DNA of 64,000 nt, from NCBI GenBank assembly GCA_951804945.1, contig OX638149.1:34038001-34102000 (forward strand). Reading direction: 5' to 3'. Below, piece after piece: positions 61,722-64,000 of the stretch. The translations under genes and the position numbers were made by a program. Position 1 is the stretch's first letter, and every line of letters begins with the position of its first letter. Below the pieces are notes generated by a model, which searched no databases, was not told the DNA's origin, and was given only the letters and a program-made list of their open reading frames with translations. The stretch comes from Podarcis cretensis (Eukaryota).

Positions 61722-62082
61722 GGGGATGCAGGTGGCGCTGTGGGTTAAAGCCTCAGCGCCTAGGGCTTGCCGATCGAAAGGTCGGCGGTTCGAATCCCTG
61801 CGGCGGGGTGCGCTCCCGCTGCTCGGTCCCAGCGCCTGCCAACCTAGCAGTTCGAAAGCACTTCCGGGTGCAAGTAGATAAATAGGGACCGCTTACCAGC
61901 GGGAAGGTAAACGGCGTTTCCGTGTGCGGCTCTGGCTTGCCAGAGCAGTGATGTCACGCTGGCCACGTGACCCGGAAGTGTCTCCGGACAGCGCTGGCCC
62001 CTGGCCTCTTAAGTGAGATGGGCGCACAACCCCAGAGTCTGTCAAGACTGGCCCGTACGGGCAGGGGTACCTTTACCTTTAC
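61722..62082 (+). mobile_element. Sauria SINE (young subfamily), full length
   Basis: A and B boxes intact. 13-bp TSD CTAATAATCAATA at 61709-61721 and 62083-62095. Confidence 0.95.
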
Positions 62083-62249
62083 CTAATAATCAATAAAAAC
62101 TACCTTGCTAGGTTAGATGGGCTTCTTCTGTCCTCAGTTGGTCTATCTTACGTTTTTGATTAACCCAAAGAGGGAAGGGAAAGAAGCCTACATATTGTCA
62201 AAGTGGAATTGTTAGGGCAGAACAGAACTCTACATGCATGTAATTAAAC

Positions 62250-62365
62250 CCCCCGATGTTGTTGGATTTCAGCTCCCATCAGCCCCAGGTAGCACGGTCA
62301 ATAATTAGGGATGATGGGAGTTCTGGTCCTTCAAGTTCAAGAGGGCACCACGTTGACTACCTTGT
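62250..62365. mobile_element. Degenerate hAT MITE
   Basis: gatgttgttggatttcagctcccatcagcccc...gggatgatgggagt...gttgactaccttg. Confidence 0.55.
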
Positions 62366-64000
62366 CCTAGAAATCAACAACAACTTTGGAGGAAGTAATT
62401 TGATGCGGACACACTTCCGCCTGCAACTTCCCTCTCAGCTGCTTTATTCACCATACAGGGTTCCAGACATCTGTTTACCTGACACATCTGGAACTCTGCA
62501 GGGCAGGGAAGCAATTGAGGAGAGTTTCATGGGGAAAGCAGTAGGTGCCACACCCTTTCTGCTTCAAATCACCCTCTCCTGAAATGGTTCCGCCTAGAAG
62601 TAGAAGCTGTCAGGCTTTTATTGCAAACGTTAACATGTAACATGTAGTTCTGCCCCAAATTCAATCATGAAACTGCAATGCATTTTAAAATGCCCAGTTA
62701 AACACAAAAATAAAGCATCTATCCTTGATAAGTATAGGGAAGCAGAATGTCCACAAGTAAGTCGGTAGCCAGATTTATTTTATTTTAAGACTAGGGGTCA
62801 CATCAGACTTCTTGCAAATGTTTGAATCAACTTTTTCCAAATAATTGAATAGGCTTTTAGTAATATTTGATAGCAGCCTATTCTTATTTTGTTTACATTT
62901 AACTTTTTTAATCCCTAGTTTCCCAGTTACCAACTGGGAAATAACTGAGGGTTCACCTTTCCTTCCACCATTTTTATTATTGCTGTTATTATAGTGGTTG
63001 CTTCAATGTATATTCTACCTTTCCACAGTGCTTGTACTCAAGGCAGCTGAGCCATATCTTTATTATCTTAAAGATTATGAAGAGGGAAATGTACCGTTAG
63101 ATTATTAGTGCCTTGATATTATCTTCTTAAATGGACTCAGGGGTGGGGGTGAAATAACTGACCCACTGTCTTTCTCTTTCTCTTTTTATACAGATGGGCT
63201 TCATTAGTTCATCTTGTCAGGTTTACCAAGCGAGTGTTGATAAATTGCTCTCCTTCCTCGCGTCAAAGAAGGAGAGCAATTTCAAAAGTCTCCATGTTGT
63301 TTTACACTTAAAAGCCGAATCTGAAAAGGGACCTTTTACAATTCCACTCACAGAGAATGTTTAAGAGTGTTTTCCATTAGTTATTTTAAAAGGTAGTTAA
63401 AGGCATATGACAAAGTATTAGGTTGTTTTCACAACTGTTTTTATATCTGCTTACTTTAAATGGTTGACTATAAATTCTGCTTTTTAACAACTGGCATTCA
63501 GTTGTCTTGGATGCTATAAAATTACACACTGCAGACACCTTGTTTTTTTTTGGGGGGGGGGAGATGTATTTTTAAATTATAAGTCACTTGCTTTGTCTCC
63601 AGAATAAATTCTCTTTAATCTTTATCAATTTCTGCGACTACTGATATCTTTTCTAATAATGTGGTCCTACGGGTATAATCACTGTGAGAAGGGATTTATC
63701 CATAGTGTGATACTTCCATTAGCTCCAGCCCAGTGCCAGCAGTCAAAGAGGTATCCATGCCACAACTCTCTTGTGTTGGATTAATGCAATAGCGCTGCCT
63801 CTGTGTAGCATAAAGTCACACATTTTAGTGTACAAATGTTTCGGTAATGCCCTCAGCCTAGCTGCTTTTTGAAGTTTTACCATCACATGGGTACAATGAG
63901 GTACCATGGGGCAGCATAGAACACCAAGTCTTTTTTCCTTCTTCTTTTTTTGCAAAATGGGCATGGGTTTTGTTACTAGTCGAACTACAAACCATGTCAA

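Overview
Vertebrate non-coding DNA, intronic or intergenic. The repeat content points to a squamate reptile, probably a lacertid lizard (inference from Sauria SINEs plus Squam-type SINEs, BovB/RTE, CR1, L2, L1 and Penelope). I found no convincing host protein-coding exon. The ORF-track entries I can recognise are retrotransposon fragments and the rest look like chance ORFs. The window holds a young CR1 3' end, two TSD-flanked 5'-truncated L1 copies, nine Sauria SINEs, three TA-flanked Tigger-like MITEs plus a fourth carrying a nested hAT MITE, several hAT MITEs with 8-bp TSDs, two solo LTRs with 5-bp TSDs, a 52-bp BovB tail, microsatellites, one 177-N gap, and long repeat-poor AT-rich blocks that may be conserved enhancers. 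The best leads are (1) a Penelope-like element whose 3' region keeps an intact-looking minimal hammerhead ribozyme (6854-6891) with a young SINE inserted about 40 nt downstream, and (2) a complete, TSD-flanked 1.74-kb non-autonomous element (15537-17276) with a CpG-rich, hairpin-rich 5' leader, no ORF2, and the 3' end of the local L1 family. Family names come from recognition, not database searches.
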